Below, one piece after another: positions 10,678-19,743 of a stretch of 64,000 nucleotides of DNA. The stretch's first letter is position 1, and every line of letters begins with the position of its first letter. The translations under genes were made by a program, and so were the position numbers. The DNA comes from Candidatus Dormibacteria bacterium (lineage in GTDB: Bacteria; Chloroflexota; Dormibacteria; Aeolococcales; Aeolococcaceae), in assembly GCA_049964715.1 (NCBI GenBank), contig JBMFXB010000005.1, forward strand, positions 3,708 through 67,707. Direction: 5' to 3'. The notes beneath the pieces were generated by a model. It made no database searches, was not told where the DNA came from, and was given only the letters and a program-made list of their open reading frames with translations.

Positions 10678-12012
10678 CTATGGGAGGAGTGCAAGTGCAC
10701 GAACAAGTTGGGGATCCATGGAGACATTCGTTGTACCAAGTGCAGGATCATACTCTGTACTTGTCCCAGTAAGCGGAACAACATACTCAGGCGTAATACC
10801 AGTGCCGTTGATTGACTCACCTTTGGGACCAAACCACCGAGCAAAAGTCAGATGGACATCGCCTCCGTTGGCAAGGACGAAGTCCTCCTGGGCAGTTCCC
10901 TTCCCAAATGAGTGAGTACCTACCACAACTGCATGATCCAGATCCCGAAGTCCAAGCGTAATCATCTCTGCTGCACTTGCTGTGTTCTGGTTCACGATGA
11001 CAACGACAGGAATTCCAGCAACAACAGGAGTCTCATGTGGCACAAGCTGGTTGACCGTTCTTTCAGCCGTAGACGGTGCATTCCAGCGCGAAAGCCGTTC
11101 CCGAAAAGTCACAAACAGCTTTCCGGCATCGGATGAAGGAAGAAACATGCCAACAATCTGCTGGGCAACATCAACATACCCACCAGGATTGTTCCTCAGA
11201 TCAAGGACAATCCCGTGGACATGGTATCGTGCAAATCCCTGAAGGACTGTCTTCATTTGCGTTGCTGTATTTGAATTTACCTCGGTTATTGAACAGTACC
11301 CAATACCGCTGATGATCGTGCCGTAAACCGAAGGCACAGCAAACACGGAACGCACTACAGAGTATGTTGTTGCTACTCCTCGCACGCTGAGCATGAGATG
11401 GACTGTGGTGCCTGGGGTTCCATCAATGGCAGATCCGATGTTCGCAAGCGCAGCTACTGCACTTGTACCAAAATGCAGGACTGGCTCCCCATTGACTTCC
11501 AGAAGGGTGCTTCCAGCAGTGATGCCTGCCTTCGATGCAGGACTGCCGGAAACAACTGATGTGATAACCAACTCTGTAGGCGTTGACTCCGTGGGACATA
11601 CTTGCCCATTGGAACACGCTGCAGCAAGGGTAATGCCCACTCCCCCGGATTTTGTTCCAGAAAGAGTTGATGTATACGACTGGTATGCAGCTGGAGGAAG
11701 ATACGTCACGAAATGATCAGGATACCGGGATCCAAGTTCACTGATCATTCCTGCAACAGCCCCATTTGTGCCTGCACTGCCAGGGACATTGCGAATGACG
11801 TAGTTCGACTGGACGATTGACCACGCTTCTTGTATTGCCTGTTCATTGAGTGATGTAGCTGATGGTCCATCAAGGAATGCAACGCGGATGAGCCCCCCAA
11901 GACCAGTGCCCTCAAGATGTACCACTGCAGCAACTGAGCCGTACCAGACAACCACAACAATGCCAATCCAGAGAAGGATTCTGCCCCGTCGGTTAGTATG
12001 ACGCTCAGCCAT
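10678..12012 (-). CDS. ctpA: carboxyl-terminal processing protease (S41 family) with a PDZ domain
   Basis: N-terminal TM anchor, a PDZ region, and the S41 motifs GIVLDLRNNPGGY and 'VVIVNQNTASAAE'. Confidence 0.85.
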   Translation of the reverse strand: MAERHTNRRGRILLWIGIVVVVWYGSVAAVVHLEGTGLGGLIRVAFLDGPSATSLNEQAIQEAWSIVQSNYVIRNVPGSAGTNGAVAGMISELGSRYPDHFVTYLPPAAYQSYTSTLSGTKSGGVGITLAAACSNGQVCPTESTPTELVITSVVSGSPASKAGITAGSTLLEVNGEPVLHFGTSAVAALANIGSAIDGTPGTTVHLMLSVRGVATTYSVVRSVFAVPSVYGTIISGIGYCSITEVNSNTATQMKTVLQGFARYHVHGIVLDLRNNPGGYVDVAQQIVGMFLPSSDAGKLFVTFRERLSRWNAPSTAERTVNQLVPHETPVVAGIPVVVIVNQNTASAAEMITLGLRDLDHAVVVGTHSFGKGTAQEDFVLANGGDVHLTFARWFGPKGESINGTGITPEYVVPLTGTSTEYDPALGTTNVSMDPQLVRALALLP

Positions 12013-12016
12013 TTCC

Positions 12017-12925
12017 CTATACAGAGAGGAACCGTCGAACGCCTAGGTAGCTCCCCAGGGCACCAATACCCATCCCAATAAATCCAACCACGAGCCATGT
12101 GTACGTCAGATACCCCTGATCGAAATTGAGGGCATACACTAGGAGACTTCCACGGACTGCTCCAATGATGAGGTGATATCCTCCAGCGAGAACACTGTTT
12201 GCAACGAGTGCTGCAAGAAGTCCACCAATCATGCCCTCGACAATGAATGGCCACCTGACAAACCAGTCCGTTGCACCAACGAGCTTCATGATTTCTATTT
12301 CTATCCTCCGCACATACACAGCAGTACGGATTGTGTTCATGATGAGCACAAGACTGATGAAGCCCAATACAATGCTGAGAACGAATCCCACGATGCGAAT
12401 CACTACTATGAGTTGTCGAAGCCTGTTGATGACCGTCGGGTTGTAGTCCGTTGCAGTAGCAGGATCGACAAGTGGATTCGACTTTGCCATGTTTGCTATT
12501 GTCTGAAGGTCAGTAAGTTGTCGCACCCGGAGATTGAGGGAAGCTGGAAGGGGATTGTTACTCTCCCCAAGTGCTGCAATATCACTCTGGTAGGCAGTTG
12601 ACTGGGAAGCAAATTCTGTAGCTGCCTGATTCTTGTTCTCAAAAGTCACAGCAAGAACATCATGTGAGTTTTTGAGCATGGACTCGAAATCCATGATCGA
12701 GGCAAGTGAATCAGAATCCTTGAGATAGATTTTGATCTTGCTCACATGGGATTGCTCTGCATTGAGCACACTGTCAACAGAGTGCGTCAAGAGCAGTACA
12801 CCGCCAACCATGATGAGAATAAGACCTGTCGTCACGACACCAGCAAGAGAGATCGCAAGATTTCGACGGAAATTCTGAACTGCATTTCGCAGTGCAAAGC
12901 CCAAAGATGAGAAAACTTTTCTCAC
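12017..12925 (-). CDS. ftsX: cell-division ABC transporter permease FtsX
   Basis: 302 aa, with an N-terminal TM, a large extracytoplasmic loop and three C-terminal TM helices. It overlaps ftsE by 4 nt. Confidence 0.8.
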   Translation of the reverse strand: MRKVFSSLGFALRNAVQNFRRNLAISLAGVVTTGLILIMVGGVLLLTHSVDSVLNAEQSHVSKIKIYLKDSDSLASIMDFESMLKNSHDVLAVTFENKNQAATEFASQSTAYQSDIAALGESNNPLPASLNLRVRQLTDLQTIANMAKSNPLVDPATATDYNPTVINRLRQLIVVIRIVGFVLSIVLGFISLVLIMNTIRTAVYVRRIEIEIMKLVGATDWFVRWPFIVEGMIGGLLAALVANSVLAGGYHLIIGAVRGSLLVYALNFDQGYLTYTWLVVGFIGMGIGALGSYLGVRRFLSV

Positions 12926-13677
12926 AGCGTTGCCTCTCCTTCCTTCAGATACTGTCCTTCCTGCTCATCGCGGACGACCCGTCCCTTCTCGATGGCAATG
13001 ACACGTTTCCTCACAAGGTCAACGATCTCACGGTTGTGCGTTGCCATGATTACTGTCGTTCCCCGGTGGTTGATCTGGAGAAGTAACTGCACTATCCCCC
13101 ATGAAGTATCCGGATCAAGATTTCCTGTTGGCTCATCCGCGAGAAAGATCATTGGCCTGTGAACGAGTGCACGTGCAATTGCCACTCGCTGCTGCTCACC
13201 ACCACTCAACTGATTGGGAAATTTGTTGAGTTTTTCCTCAAGTCCGACAATCCACAGCGTTTCTTCCACGCGCTCTTTGAGATGCCTGATTCCAGGACGG
13301 GTTACCTGCAGTGCAAATGAAACATTCTGTGCAACTGTCAATTGTGGAAGAAGTTTGAAATCCTGGAAGACGATACCAAACTTCCTGCGGAGTCGTGGAA
13401 GTTTCCGTCTCGGAAGCCGGGTGACCTCCTGCCCGTCGACAAAGATGCGGCCACTCGTTGCAGACTCCTCACGAATGAGTAATCGAATGAGTGAAGATTT
13501 TCCTGCACCAGAAGCACCTACAAGAAAGACGAAGTCCTTCTGATAGATGGCAAGATCAACTCCCCGAAGTGCAGATGCTCCGTTCGGGTAGGTTTTGTTC
13601 ACTCCATGAAAACTCACCACTGGTCGAAGTGACGGGTCTGCAGCAAGTGCTTGTCGAGGAGTAGCCACGGTTGACAT
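12922..13677 (-). CDS. ftsE: cell-division ATP-binding protein FtsE
   Basis: Walker A GASGAGKSS, ABC signature LSGGEQQRVAIARAL, Walker B IFLADEPTGNLD. The ORF extends to 13773, but the ATG at 13677 has an AGGAG RBS and gives the canonical N-terminus (VVSFHGVNKTY). Confidence 0.85.
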   Translation of the reverse strand: MSTVATPRQALAADPSLRPVVSFHGVNKTYPNGASALRGVDLAIYQKDFVFLVGASGAGKSSLIRLLIREESATSGRIFVDGQEVTRLPRRKLPRLRRKFGIVFQDFKLLPQLTVAQNVSFALQVTRPGIRHLKERVEETLWIVGLEEKLNKFPNQLSGGEQQRVAIARALVHRPMIFLADEPTGNLDPDTSWGIVQLLLQINHRGTTVIMATHNREIVDLVRKRVIAIEKGRVVRDEQEGQYLKEGEATL

Positions 13678-13928
13678 TCCGAGTGATCTCCTATGCTGTA
13701 CATCTTCTATGGTACTCGCTACTGCATCTGCACTGCGATTGCTAAAGGTACCAAGTGGGAGGATTTCTTGCACTGTTGGGTTAGTTCGTCGTGTAGGATT
13801 GCTGTGCCATGGAACCGGCTACGATTGCAACAGTATAACGCAGGACTGCGGTTTTCGCAGATCTTCCAGGAATCAGTGCATGGGCCAGCTTCGAAACCTG
13901 TTCATGCGCAGAGTACAAATGCTCCCAT

Positions 13929-13952
13929 ACATTGCACCTTGCATTGCACCTT
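13929..13952 (+). promoter_or_regulatory. perfect 12-bp tandem direct repeat (R-CATTGCACCTT x2) in the divergent ftsE/thiolase intergenic region
   Basis: The sequence acattgcacctt|gcattgcacctt lies about 70 nt upstream of the thiolase ATG (14022). It may be an operator or direct-repeat regulator site. Confidence 0.25.
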
Positions 13953-14021
13953 GGAGTATCGTTCTCACTGTACGGAGAACACTCTCCATCCTCCACCCAT
14001 GCACTGACAGGAGTAGTACTG

Positions 14022-15188
14022 ATGTCTGATGCTGTGATTGTTGCATATGGACGTTCCCCTATTGGCCGTGCCTTCAAAGGCTCTCTCATCGAGATGCGTC
14101 CCGATGATCTGGCATCAAAAGTTGTCGATCATGTTCTTGGGTCACTCCCCGATGAGATACGACAAGATGGCATTGACGATCTCATTTGTGGATGTGGCCT
14201 ACCAGGTGGAGAACAGGGATTCAACCTTGGTCGAATCATTTCCATTCTGAGCAGGCTTGAGGCTCCTGGAACAACCATTACACGGTACTGTGCATCCTCC
14301 CTTCAGGCTACCCGTATGGCTTTCCACGCAATCAGTGCTGGAGAAGGATCGTGCTACATCATTGCCGGAGTCGAGTGTGTGAGCAGGTACGGAGCAGGAT
14401 TCACTGATCCACCAGAAGCCCAAAATCCACTCCTCAAGCCAGGAAACACTGAAGGCTATCCGGATATTTACATTGCAATGGGAAACACAGCAGAAAATGT
14501 TGCCAGACGTGAACACGTTACACGTCAGGAAATGGATGAATACGCTCTCAGGAGCCAGCAGCGTACTGCAAAAGCCATTGCGGATGGCTTCTATGATGGC
14601 GAGATCATACCCATTGCTCGTGCTGATGGAACAGTCATTGCCAAAGACGATGGCCCACGTCCCACGACAACACTGGAGGGACTTGCTGCCCTCAAGCCAG
14701 CATTTTCTGAGGATGGACTCGTCACAGCAGGCAACTCATGTCCACTCAATGATGGTGCTGCTGCACTGGTTGTCCTGTCGAAAGAGCGGGCGTCAGCACT
14801 CGGTCTCACTCCACTGGCACGGATTGTTGCGACTGGACTCTGCCAGCTAGAACCTGAATTCATGGGTCTTGGACCGGTTGAATCCACACGACGTGCCCTT
14901 TCCTCTGCACACATGTCCATCGATGATATGGACCTTGTTGAGATGAATGAGGCCTTTGCAGCCCAGATCATTCCCTCCACCCGTGAACTTGGCATCGACC
15001 CATTTGATGATGATCGATTCAATGTTCATGGAGGAGCCATTGCACTCGGTCATCCTTTTGGCATGACAGGAGCCCGCCTCATTGGCACACTTGTCCGAAG
15101 TCTGCATGAGCGTGACAAGCAGACAGGGCTTGCAACACTGTGTGTTGGTGGAGGTATGGGAATGGCAATGATTGTTGAACGGCTGTAG
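14022..15188 (+). CDS. acetyl-CoA C-acetyltransferase (thiolase II)
   Basis: The N-terminus is canonical for thiolase (MSDAVIVAYGRSPIGRAFKGS) and the C-terminal motifs are thiolase II: NEAFAAQ, GGAIALGHPFGMTGARL and the active-site C…GGGMG. The start is set at the internal ATG with a GGAG RBS, because the ORF-track start (13932) adds a non-conserved 30-aa extension. Confidence 0.9.
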   Translation: MSDAVIVAYGRSPIGRAFKGSLIEMRPDDLASKVVDHVLGSLPDEIRQDGIDDLICGCGLPGGEQGFNLGRIISILSRLEAPGTTITRYCASSLQATRMAFHAISAGEGSCYIIAGVECVSRYGAGFTDPPEAQNPLLKPGNTEGYPDIYIAMGNTAENVARREHVTRQEMDEYALRSQQRTAKAIADGFYDGEIIPIARADGTVIAKDDGPRPTTTLEGLAALKPAFSEDGLVTAGNSCPLNDGAAALVVLSKERASALGLTPLARIVATGLCQLEPEFMGLGPVESTRRALSSAHMSIDDMDLVEMNEAFAAQIIPSTRELGIDPFDDDRFNVHGGAIALGHPFGMTGARLIGTLVRSLHERDKQTGLATLCVGGGMGMAMIVERL

Positions 15189-15211
15189 GATGAGCGCTCC
15201 AGTGTGAGTGC

Positions 15212-15568
15212 TCAATCCTCGCTGGGTACAGTATTTCCCTTTCCGCGATATGACAGGATAGTGACCTTCTCCCGTGTCACCATGCCATCGTTCACCATCT
15301 CATCAATGAGGGGAACAAGGGCATCAATCTTCTCATCTGTATCCACGACTTCGACAATGATCGGAAGATCTGCACTGAGACGAAGAATACGTGACGTATG
15401 GAGTCGGGAATGTGCTCCGAATCCCTCAATGCCACGAAGTACTGTTGCACCAGCACTTCCCCTCTTGCGGAGCTCCTCAATGAGCGCCTGATACAGTGGA
15501 CGACCGTGCCACCTGTCTGCTTCTCCAATGAAGATACGAAGCAGGGATCCATTTCCTTCCAGTGCCAT
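15212..15568 (-). CDS. DUF190 (CrcB-associated, PII-like fold) protein
   Basis: 118-aa protein (LRIFIGEADRWHGRPLYQALIEELRKRG…VLRGIEGFG) of the type routinely found in crcB/fluoride-response operons. Its start abuts the crcB stop. Confidence 0.65.
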   Translation of the reverse strand: MALEGNGSLLRIFIGEADRWHGRPLYQALIEELRKRGSAGATVLRGIEGFGAHSRLHTSRILRLSADLPIIVEVVDTDEKIDALVPLIDEMVNDGMVTREKVTILSYRGKGNTVPSED

Positions 15569-15949
15569 CTATACAATTCTCCCTAGGACCATGCCCCCAC
15601 CTGCAGCAATGATCCCACAGCACACGCTCCCCACACTGTTCACGAAAGCGAAGGTGATATCCCCGCCAGAAAGCATCTGTGCCGTATTGAAGGTCATTGT
15701 CGAAAAAGTTGTGAATGAGCCAATGAATCCCGTGGTGATGGCAAACCGAATCCACGCATCAAGCAGGAGTCGCTCAGTGAGGAATGTAAAGCTGAACCCG
15801 AGAAGAAAAGCTCCAGCTACATTGATAATAAAGATGCCAACAGGAAACTGTGTTCCTACGTGACTTGAGATCACACCATCGATCCAGTATCGAGCAAGTG
15901 TTCCAAGGGCACCTGCAACCATGAGTGCTACCACAATGCGCACGACCAA
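15569..15949 (-). CDS. crcB: fluoride ion channel Fluc/CrcB
   Basis: 126-aa 4-TM protein with CrcB hallmarks (GALGTLARY…, FPxGIFIINVxGAFLLG, TTGFxGSFTTFSTM). It has a TTG/GTG start downstream of a GGAGG RBS. Confidence 0.85.
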   Translation of the reverse strand: MVVRIVVALMVAGALGTLARYWIDGVISSHVGTQFPVGIFIINVAGAFLLGFSFTFLTERLLLDAWIRFAITTGFIGSFTTFSTMTFNTAQMLSGGDITFAFVNSVGSVCCGIIAAGGGMVLGRIV

Positions 15950-15978
15950 CCTCCTGCACCATGCACTGCATGGTTTTC

Positions 15979-16023
15979 GCAGGAGCCATTAGCAGACTGC
16001 GGCCTGGACGAGCTCCATCGTCC
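15979..16023 (-). ncRNA. candidate fluoride riboswitch (crcB RNA motif) with an anti-RBS expression platform
   Basis: The minus-strand RNA is GGACGAUGGAGCUCGUCC-AGGCCGCAGUCUGCUAAUGGCUCCUGC. P1 is GGACGA/UCGUCC. The loop GGAGC can pseudoknot with the downstream GCUCC. The stretch UAAUGGCUCCUGC resembles the consensus …CUGAUGxxGCCUAC. It ends about 30 nt upstream of the crcB start. The 3' pseudoknot strand GGCUCCUGC is complementary to the RBS region GCAGGAGG. Confidence 0.5.
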
Positions 16024-16144
16024 TCATACGTGATAGCGGCCAAAACACTGCACAAGTGTTTCAATCACATTGTACGGAATCTGACAGATCCGGTTCAGGA
16101 ATGACCAAGCCACCGCGACACCGCAATGCTGTGCATGGTACGAT

Positions 16145-17383
16145 ATGGACACGATGAGGGTGAACATGCAGCGGAATAGATCCCTTGGACGATTGCTGGT
16201 TCTTGGAATTGCAGCAGCAAGCGTGCTTTCAGGGTGCAGCTCCACACTCCTGAGTGGTGGTGTTGCAGTCAAGACTGTTGGCTCACTTGTGCATCCGTCA
16301 CTTGCCATCAGCCTTCCGAACAACGCGTCAAACGTTCAGCTCGATGCTCCTGTAACTGTCACTGCAACGCACGGAACGATTGCCCATGTGTACCTTTCCG
16401 TGAAGGGACAGGAAACCTCGTCAATGCCCGGTTCCGTGAATGCACAGGACACCGTGTGGACATCCACAGGGAACCTGGCCCCAACTACCACTTATCTTCT
16501 TGAGGCATCAGCAACCAATCCAGCTGGGGATGTCTCGACAAAGGAAGAGACATTCACGACGCTCACTCCACCAAAGAGGCTTCTAACTGGAGTGACACCG
16601 GTCAATGGTGCAACTGTTGGAATCGGCATGGTCATCATGCTCCACTTCAACACCTCAATCCCCGACAGCTTCAAGGCTGGTATCACCAGCCACATCACCA
16701 TTGAGACCTCGACTCCAATGGTAGGGGCATGGCGATGGGTCACACCGTGGGATGTGCACTGGCGACCAGAAAACTACTGGACTCCCGGGACCCATGTCAT
16801 CATCAATGCACATCTCGATGGAGTTGATGCAGGCAATGGATATTATGGTCTTGGCAACTGGACCTCATCGTTCACTATTGGTGCTGCACACATTACCTAT
16901 GTTGATGAGACGCCTGGGGTTGATACTGCAAAGGTCTATAACAACGGTCAGCTTGTTTACACCTTCCCCATCAGTGGTGGGACATCCAAGTACCCAACAA
17001 TCCAGGGAACACTCATGGTGTATGGCATGACATACAACGTTCTCATGGATTCCCGCACAATCGGGATTCCACTCGGAGCACCCGGCTCATATTATGAACA
17101 CGTATTCTGGGACACTGCAGTTTCGACAGACGGATATTACATGCATGCAGCCCCATGGAACAATGAGCTTGGTGTCGCAAATATCTCGCACGGATGCATC
17201 AATATGTCAACTGCGGATGCCGAAACCTTCTTCAAGTTCAGTCAGGTTGGGGATCTTGTCATCGTCAGTCACACAATACTCAATGCCTCATATGCGGATG
17301 GTGAGGGAGATTGGAATACTCCCTTTGCAAGTTATGGCAATTACGGGAACCAGTCACAAACGACAACTCCAATTCCTGCATAG
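16145..17383 (+). CDS. L,D-transpeptidase lipoprotein (YkuD/ErfK domain with N-terminal Ig-like domains, LdtMt2-like)
   Basis: Lipoprotein signal (LGIAAASVLSGC), beta-rich Ig-like N-terminal domains, and a catalytic domain with the conserved HGCINMS motif. Confidence 0.8.
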   Translation: MDTMRVNMQRNRSLGRLLVLGIAAASVLSGCSSTLLSGGVAVKTVGSLVHPSLAISLPNNASNVQLDAPVTVTATHGTIAHVYLSVKGQETSSMPGSVNAQDTVWTSTGNLAPTTTYLLEASATNPAGDVSTKEETFTTLTPPKRLLTGVTPVNGATVGIGMVIMLHFNTSIPDSFKAGITSHITIETSTPMVGAWRWVTPWDVHWRPENYWTPGTHVIINAHLDGVDAGNGYYGLGNWTSSFTIGAAHITYVDETPGVDTAKVYNNGQLVYTFPISGGTSKYPTIQGTLMVYGMTYNVLMDSRTIGIPLGAPGSYYEHVFWDTAVSTDGYYMHAAPWNNELGVANISHGCINMSTADAETFFKFSQVGDLVIVSHTILNASYADGEGDWNTPFASYGNYGNQSQTTTPIPA

Positions 17384-17415
17384 TACAACGTAATACCGTA
17401 TTTCCACTGGGGAAC

Positions 17416-17994
17416 ATGGTTCATTTTTCATTCCCTCACGTAGTTGCCTCAGTTCTTTTCTGTGCTGCACTTGCCCTGGAAGTGTGGCTTGCAATTACAC
17501 ATCACGGCAAGCACCAAGATTCTCGGGATCACTTCACCCTGCCTGCAGTGCAAGTGCTGGTACTACTTAGTGCAATGAGTGCTGCTTTTTTTTCCACCCA
17601 GCTTCCGTGGCTTCGCTTTCCCTTGCCCCGACCACTACTCTCCCTCCTTGCCATCATCTTCTTTGCCTCTGGTATTGCACTCCGCGTCTGGGCAGTACGT
17701 ACTCTTGGCAAGTACTTCACTGTTCGCATAACAATCCAGGAAGGACAGCACGTCATAACATCCGGTCCATACCGGTACGTCCGGCATCCGTCATACACAG
17801 CTCTTCTCATACTTGTCGTGGGTACAGCATTCCTTGTCGACAATCTTGGTAGTACAGTCTCTATATTCATCTTTATGGGAATCGCTCTAGCTCTCCGTAT
17901 CCGCTACGAGGAACATGAACTTCTCGCAACATTTGGTGATGCATACAGAGAGTATGCAACCTCGCATGCCCGCATCATTCCCCACATTCTCTAG
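17416..17994 (+). CDS. isoprenylcysteine carboxyl methyltransferase (ICMT)/phospholipid methyltransferase family membrane protein
   Basis: TM helices plus the ICMT C-terminal motif VTSGPYRYVRHPSY…EE…L…FG. The start is taken at the internal ATG (17416), after the Ldt stop. Confidence 0.65.
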   Translation: MVHFSFPHVVASVLFCAALALEVWLAITHHGKHQDSRDHFTLPAVQVLVLLSAMSAAFFSTQLPWLRFPLPRPLLSLLAIIFFASGIALRVWAVRTLGKYFTVRITIQEGQHVITSGPYRYVRHPSYTALLILVVGTAFLVDNLGSTVSIFIFMGIALALRIRYEEHELLATFGDAYREYATSHARIIPHIL

Positions 17995-18077
17995 GCCTTT
18001 CAAAGGTTAATCTCTGTCCGATATACTATCCCCCACAGAACAGCACCCTGACACTGGGGACTCGCAGGAGGAGTAGT

Positions 18078-18788
18078 ATGCGGATTCATATTCCACAATG
18101 GTGCACGAGAGGAATTGCTGTACTTGCAATCGCAGTACCACTCACAGTGCTTGCTGCACCGACTGTCGGTGCAACACAAACAAAGTGCGATCCGAATCGA
18201 ACGAACAATGGTGTCTCGTACTTTGATGGGTGGTTCAATACTGGTACTGCTGGTCAAGTAGGAGGCATCTACTCCAACATTGAAAACTACTCTCCCTGGG
18301 TATACCCGAACAGTTCAGTGAGTGCATGGTCAATGCTTGACAATCCATCCGAAGACAACTGGGCACAGGCTGGCTGGATTGAGTATGCGTACGGTACACG
18401 ATATTCCTTTGTCGAGTACACGACATCTCCTGGCAATTACACAACCCAGCTCTACCCTGCATATGCTGTTGGCGACTATACGTACTACACCACCATGTAT
18501 GATGGTGCAAATTCGTATTTCACATTCCAGATAGCAGGCAACACGATGTACCAGATCCAGCTCTCATGGGTTCCGGACCAGGCACAGAATTACGGTGAAA
18601 TCCACACGCTTGCAGACCAGATGCCTGGCAACCGTTCCTGGCCTGAAGACTTCTCCAGCACCTACTGGTGGGATGCGACTGGCTGGAAGGTATTCAACGG
18701 ATATGCAAACAATACTGGTGGAGGCTACTTCTCCAATATGGTCATGTCATCAACAGATGACCAGATTTTTGACAACTCTTGCCCGTAA
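18078..18788 (+). CDS. secreted Tyr/Trp/Asn-rich beta protein, hypothetical
   Basis: Clear signal peptide (AIAVPLTVLAAPTVGA). The composition is aromatic and Asn-rich (NYTTQLYPAYAVGDYTYYTTMYDGANSYFTF) with a C-terminal Cys. No family recognised. Confidence 0.45.
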   Translation: MRIHIPQWCTRGIAVLAIAVPLTVLAAPTVGATQTKCDPNRTNNGVSYFDGWFNTGTAGQVGGIYSNIENYSPWVYPNSSVSAWSMLDNPSEDNWAQAGWIEYAYGTRYSFVEYTTSPGNYTTQLYPAYAVGDYTYYTTMYDGANSYFTFQIAGNTMYQIQLSWVPDQAQNYGEIHTLADQMPGNRSWPEDFSSTYWWDATGWKVFNGYANNTGGGYFSNMVMSSTDDQIFDNSCP

Positions 18789-18848
18789 CGATTTCGAAAT
18801 GTTACATATTGACACATTTATTTCACGACAAAGGACTACAGTTTAACA

Positions 18849-19331
18849 ATGAATAGAATTGCTTCTCGCCGAACACGCATAGCCAGCGGAGTTGCAGCAG
18901 TCGGCATCACCCTGTTTGCAATCGTGACAGCAACCATGAGCAATGCTCATGCTACAGTTGCCACTCCTGTCACCATTAGTGGAATCCCTGCTGCAACACT
19001 TGCAACAGACAATATACACCTCTTCACTCCCTCACGTTCACTTCCCGCAGCTGCAGTATCTGCAGTCGGAGCAAGTGCAACTGCACTCGCTGCATTTCCG
19101 AATGTGCAGGTACGAAGCACCACACTGGCCCAGGTTTCAGACCCTGGTTCTCCCATTGTCGATGGGAGAACACTCTGGGTAGTGAGTGTAACTCCCCCAG
19201 ATGCTTTCAATGCAGCTCCACCAAATGCTGTATCGTCCCAACGACCAGCTCATCCACTTTACATGCTGGTCTTCATTGATCCATCGAATGGAGCATTCCT
19301 CATGGCAGTGGAGCATTCGACAACAAATTAG
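18849..19331 (+). CDS. secreted hypothetical protein
   Basis: 160 aa with an N-terminal signal/TM (VAAVGITLFAIVTATMSNAHA) and an Ala/Pro-rich mature region. Confidence 0.45.
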   Translation: MNRIASRRTRIASGVAAVGITLFAIVTATMSNAHATVATPVTISGIPAATLATDNIHLFTPSRSLPAAAVSAVGASATALAAFPNVQVRSTTLAQVSDPGSPIVDGRTLWVVSVTPPDAFNAAPPNAVSSQRPAHPLYMLVFIDPSNGAFLMAVEHSTTN

Positions 19332-19352
19332 CTCACTTCCAGAAACGTTCCC

Positions 19353-19394
19353 AAAGCGCCCTGGTTCACGACAGTGACCTGGGCGCTTTTCTTG
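19353..19394 (+). terminator. rho-independent terminator after the secreted-protein gene
   Basis: A roughly 14-bp GC-rich stem with one bulge (AAAGCGCCCTGGTTCAC-gaca-GTGACCTGGGCGCTTT) followed by TTTTCTTGTGT. Confidence 0.5.
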
Positions 19395-19743
19395 TGTACC
19401 TTCACTGCATTTGTGTACAGGAAAACGCCTGAGATACCAACCAAATTCGAGCACTACCCGGAACAGGATATGTAGCGTACTGTACAGTACCCATTGAATG
19501 TGTGGACAGCACAGCCACATACCAACATGCTGACTGACCTACTTTCATGGAGGCATTTTTCACCTGCCAAGAGGTTTCATTGCAGAATCACAATTGCACC
19601 CTACGGAACTTCAGGAAGTGCTTCGAGAATACAAAGGTCATGACATGAATTAGATAAACAATTACAATTATCAATGTCATAAGACAAGCATTCACACTAC
19701 TTCATGATTCACGGCTTACACTCAAGGGAAACTTCAACTCACC

